Shown one piece after another: positions 61,837-64,000 of a stretch of DNA of 64,000 bases. A program made the translations under genes and the position numbers. Every line of letters starts with the position of its first letter. Within the stretch, counting starts at the first letter, position 1. The notes beneath the pieces are model-generated. The model worked only from the letters and a program-made list of their open reading frames with translations. It had not been told where the DNA came from and did no database searches. This DNA comes from Rhodospirillaceae bacterium (GTDB lineage Bacteria > Pseudomonadota > Alphaproteobacteria > SMXQ01): the NCBI GenBank assembly GCA_947474495.1, contig CANJIM010000002.1:14978-78977 (forward strand). Reading direction: 5' to 3'.

Positions 61837-63039
61837 ATGACCTTCGAAAGCCGGCCTCCCGGCGCCACTGCTAGCACCGAATCCCCTTTGCGCGAAAGCC
61901 GTCCCACCATCTTGCAAGTCTTGCCGGCGCTGGGCAGCCCGTCGGGCGCGGCCGGCGGGGTCGAGCGCGGCACGGTCGATCTCGCCAAGGCATTGGTTGC
62001 CGCTGGGTGGAACGCCATCGTCGCCTCCGAAGGCGGGCCGCTGTCGCGCGAGCTCGACCGCGTTGGGGCCAAGCATGTCGTTCTGCCGCTGGCCTCGAAA
62101 AACCCCGTCGTTATGGCCAAGAATGTCGGCCGCCTGCGCGCGCTGATCGCCGCCGAAGGCGTCGATATCGTCCATGCCCGGTCGCGCGCCCCGGCGTGGA
62201 GCGCCGAACGCGCCGCGCGCCAGGAAGGCGTGCATTTCGTCACCACCTTCCACGGCACCTACGGTGCCGCATCGCCCTTCAAGCGGTTCTACAACGCTGT
62301 GATGACGCGCGGCGAGCGCGTGATCGCCATCTCGAACTTCATCGCCGATCATATGCGCGAGATCTACAAGGTCGACGAGGCGCGCATCCGCGTGATCCAC
62401 CGTGGCGTCGAGATCGCCCATTTCGACCCGACGCGCGTCAGCCAGGAGCGCGTCATCCAGCTCGCCGCCGCCTGGCGCCTGCCGGACGACCGGCGCATCA
62501 TCATGCTGCCGGCGCGCCTGTCGCGCTGGAAGGGCCAGGGGTTGCTGCTCGACGCGATAGCGCTGCTCAAGCGGCGCGATCTGTTCGCGCTGTTGGTCGG
62601 CGTCGGCTCGGGCAGCGAATCTTTGCGCGAGGAATTGGAAGCCCAGATCGTCCGCCTCGGTCTTGGCGACAGCGTGCGCTTGATCGACGATTGCCGCGAC
62701 ATGCCGGCCGCCTACATGCTGGCCGATGTGGTCGTCGCGCCCTCGACGCAGCCGGAGGCCTTCGGCCGCACGGTCACCGAAGCGCAGGCGATGGGCCGCC
62801 CCGTCGTCGCCGCCGACCACGGCGGCGCCCGCGAGACGGTGATGCCCGGCGTCACCGGCTGGCTTGCCGCGCCGGGCGATGCCGCCGATTGGGCGGCGGC
62901 CATCGATCATGCGGTGTCGTTGAGCCCGGCCGAGCGCGAAGACATCTCGCAGGCTGCCATCGCCAATGTGCGCGCCCATTTCACCAACGAAGTGATGTGC
63001 GCGCAAACGCTCGACGTCTATCGCGAGCTGGTGGGCTGA
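61837..63039 (+). CDS. Glycosyltransferase family 4
   Basis: GGVERGT, VHARSRAPAWS, TTFHG.Y, RLSRWKG, PEAFGRT.TEAQAMG.PVV. Confidence 0.9.
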   Translation: MTFESRPPGATASTESPLRESRPTILQVLPALGSPSGAAGGVERGTVDLAKALVAAGWNAIVASEGGPLSRELDRVGAKHVVLPLASKNPVVMAKNVGRLRALIAAEGVDIVHARSRAPAWSAERAARQEGVHFVTTFHGTYGAASPFKRFYNAVMTRGERVIAISNFIADHMREIYKVDEARIRVIHRGVEIAHFDPTRVSQERVIQLAAAWRLPDDRRIIMLPARLSRWKGQGLLLDAIALLKRRDLFALLVGVGSGSESLREELEAQIVRLGLGDSVRLIDDCRDMPAAYMLADVVVAPSTQPEAFGRTVTEAQAMGRPVVAADHGGARETVMPGVTGWLAAPGDAADWAAAIDHAVSLSPAEREDISQAAIANVRAHFTNEVMCAQTLDVYRELVG

Positions 63040-63040
63040 C

Positions 63041-63994
63041 ATGCCGGCGGATACGCGCGAGCGCATCCTCGTCATCAAGCTCGGCGCCCTCGGCGATTTC
63101 GTCCTCGCCACCGGGCCCTTCAAGGCGATCCGCCGAGCCCATCCGAACGCGCATCTCACGCTGCTGACAATTCCGTCGCTCGCCGGCTTGGGCCGCGCGA
63201 TGGGGTGGTTTGACGAGGTGTGGACCGATGCGCGGCCGTCATTCTGGAATGTCGGCGGCTGGTGGTCGCTGTCGCGCAAGTTGAACGGGGCGCAGTTCTC
63301 GCGCGTCTACGATCTGCAGACCTCCGACCGTTCGAGCTTTTATTTCCGCCTGATGTCGCCGCCGTTCGGCAAGGCGCCGCAATGGTCGGGCATCGCCAAG
63401 GGCGCATCACACCCGCATGCCAATCCGCGCCGCGACTTCCTGCATACGGTCGAGCGGCAGAAAGAGCAGCTTGCGGCCATCGGCATTGCCGACGTGCCGC
63501 CGCCCGATCTCTCCTGGGCCAGCGCCGAGCTGGCGCGGTTCGAGTTGCCGCCATCCTACGCGTTGCTGGTGCCAGGCGGCTCGGCGCACCGGCCGGAGAA
63601 GCGTTGGCCGGCGACCCATTACGCCGAATTGGCCCGTCGTCTCAGCGCGATCGGCACGACGCCCCTGTTGATCGGCGCGACTGCCGAGCGCGCCGAATTG
63701 GCGGCGATCGCCGCCGCTGCGCCTGGTGCGCGCGACTTGTGCGGCCAGACGTCCTTCACGGAGATCATCGCCCTGGCGCGCGGCGCGCGCCTCGCGGTCG
63801 GCAACGACACTGGCCCGATGCATCTGATCGCCGCCGCCGGCTGTCCGACGGTGGTTCTGTTCTCGCACGCGTCGGATCCGGCGCTCTGCGCCCCGCGTTC
63901 GCCAGGTGGCGACAGCGTCGCCGTACTGCGCCGGCCCGACCTCGCCGGGCTGATGCCCGACGAGGTGTTGGCGAGTTTGCCCGCCTCCGTTTGA
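63041..63994 (+). CDS. Glycosyltransferase family 9 (heptosyltransferase-like)
   Basis: ILVIKLGALGDF, YDLQ, KRWP, DLCGQT, VGNDTGPMHL. Confidence 0.9.
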   Translation: MPADTRERILVIKLGALGDFVLATGPFKAIRRAHPNAHLTLLTIPSLAGLGRAMGWFDEVWTDARPSFWNVGGWWSLSRKLNGAQFSRVYDLQTSDRSSFYFRLMSPPFGKAPQWSGIAKGASHPHANPRRDFLHTVERQKEQLAAIGIADVPPPDLSWASAELARFELPPSYALLVPGGSAHRPEKRWPATHYAELARRLSAIGTTPLLIGATAERAELAAIAAAAPGARDLCGQTSFTEIIALARGARLAVGNDTGPMHLIAAAGCPTVVLFSHASDPALCAPRSPGGDSVAVLRRPDLAGLMPDEVLASLPASV

Positions 63995-64000
63995 TCGTAA

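Overview
GC-rich alphaproteobacterial chromosome segment; gene content and order look Rhodospirillales-like (inference). It is almost entirely conserved core genes. In order: chvI-chvG-hprK-rapZ-EIIA-HPr-ahcY-divL-(fpr, opposite strand)-tsaE-amgK-murU-addB-addA-trxA; on the minus strand aroA-cmk-rpsA-sppA-ihfB-lapA-pyrF-trpF-trpB-trpA-accD-folC; a TIGR02300 protein and tRNA-Ala(GGC); a two-gene islet (orphan lipoprotein plus RTX Ca-binding protein) bracketed by a degenerate direct repeat; an HtrA-like protease / Hsp20 / DUF1150 heat-shock module; rnd-kdsD-lptC-lptA-lptB-rpoN-hpf-ptsN; tRNA-Leu(CAG); an NDUFA9-like SDR, uppP and gltD-gltB; a signal-peptide-bearing SAM methyltransferase paired with an APC permease; fzlA-like GST; and envelope genes (SIMPL, TPR, SDR, hydrolase, GT4, GT9). 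I found no CRISPR array, integrase, transposase, prophage or defence system. The best candidate for an undescribed system is the apparently exported methyltransferase plus transporter pair. Other signals read directly from the DNA are a Zur-type palindrome, a SahR-like palindrome and twin hairpins before ahcY, an RpoH promoter with a ROSE thermometer before hsp20, a CtrA box before DUF1150, a 12-bp tandem duplication in lptC, a short HPF, and patches of shifted codon usage upstream of internal promoters. All product calls come from motif recognition by eye, not database searches. Several starts were moved downstream of the ORF-track start using RBS and gene-overlap evidence.
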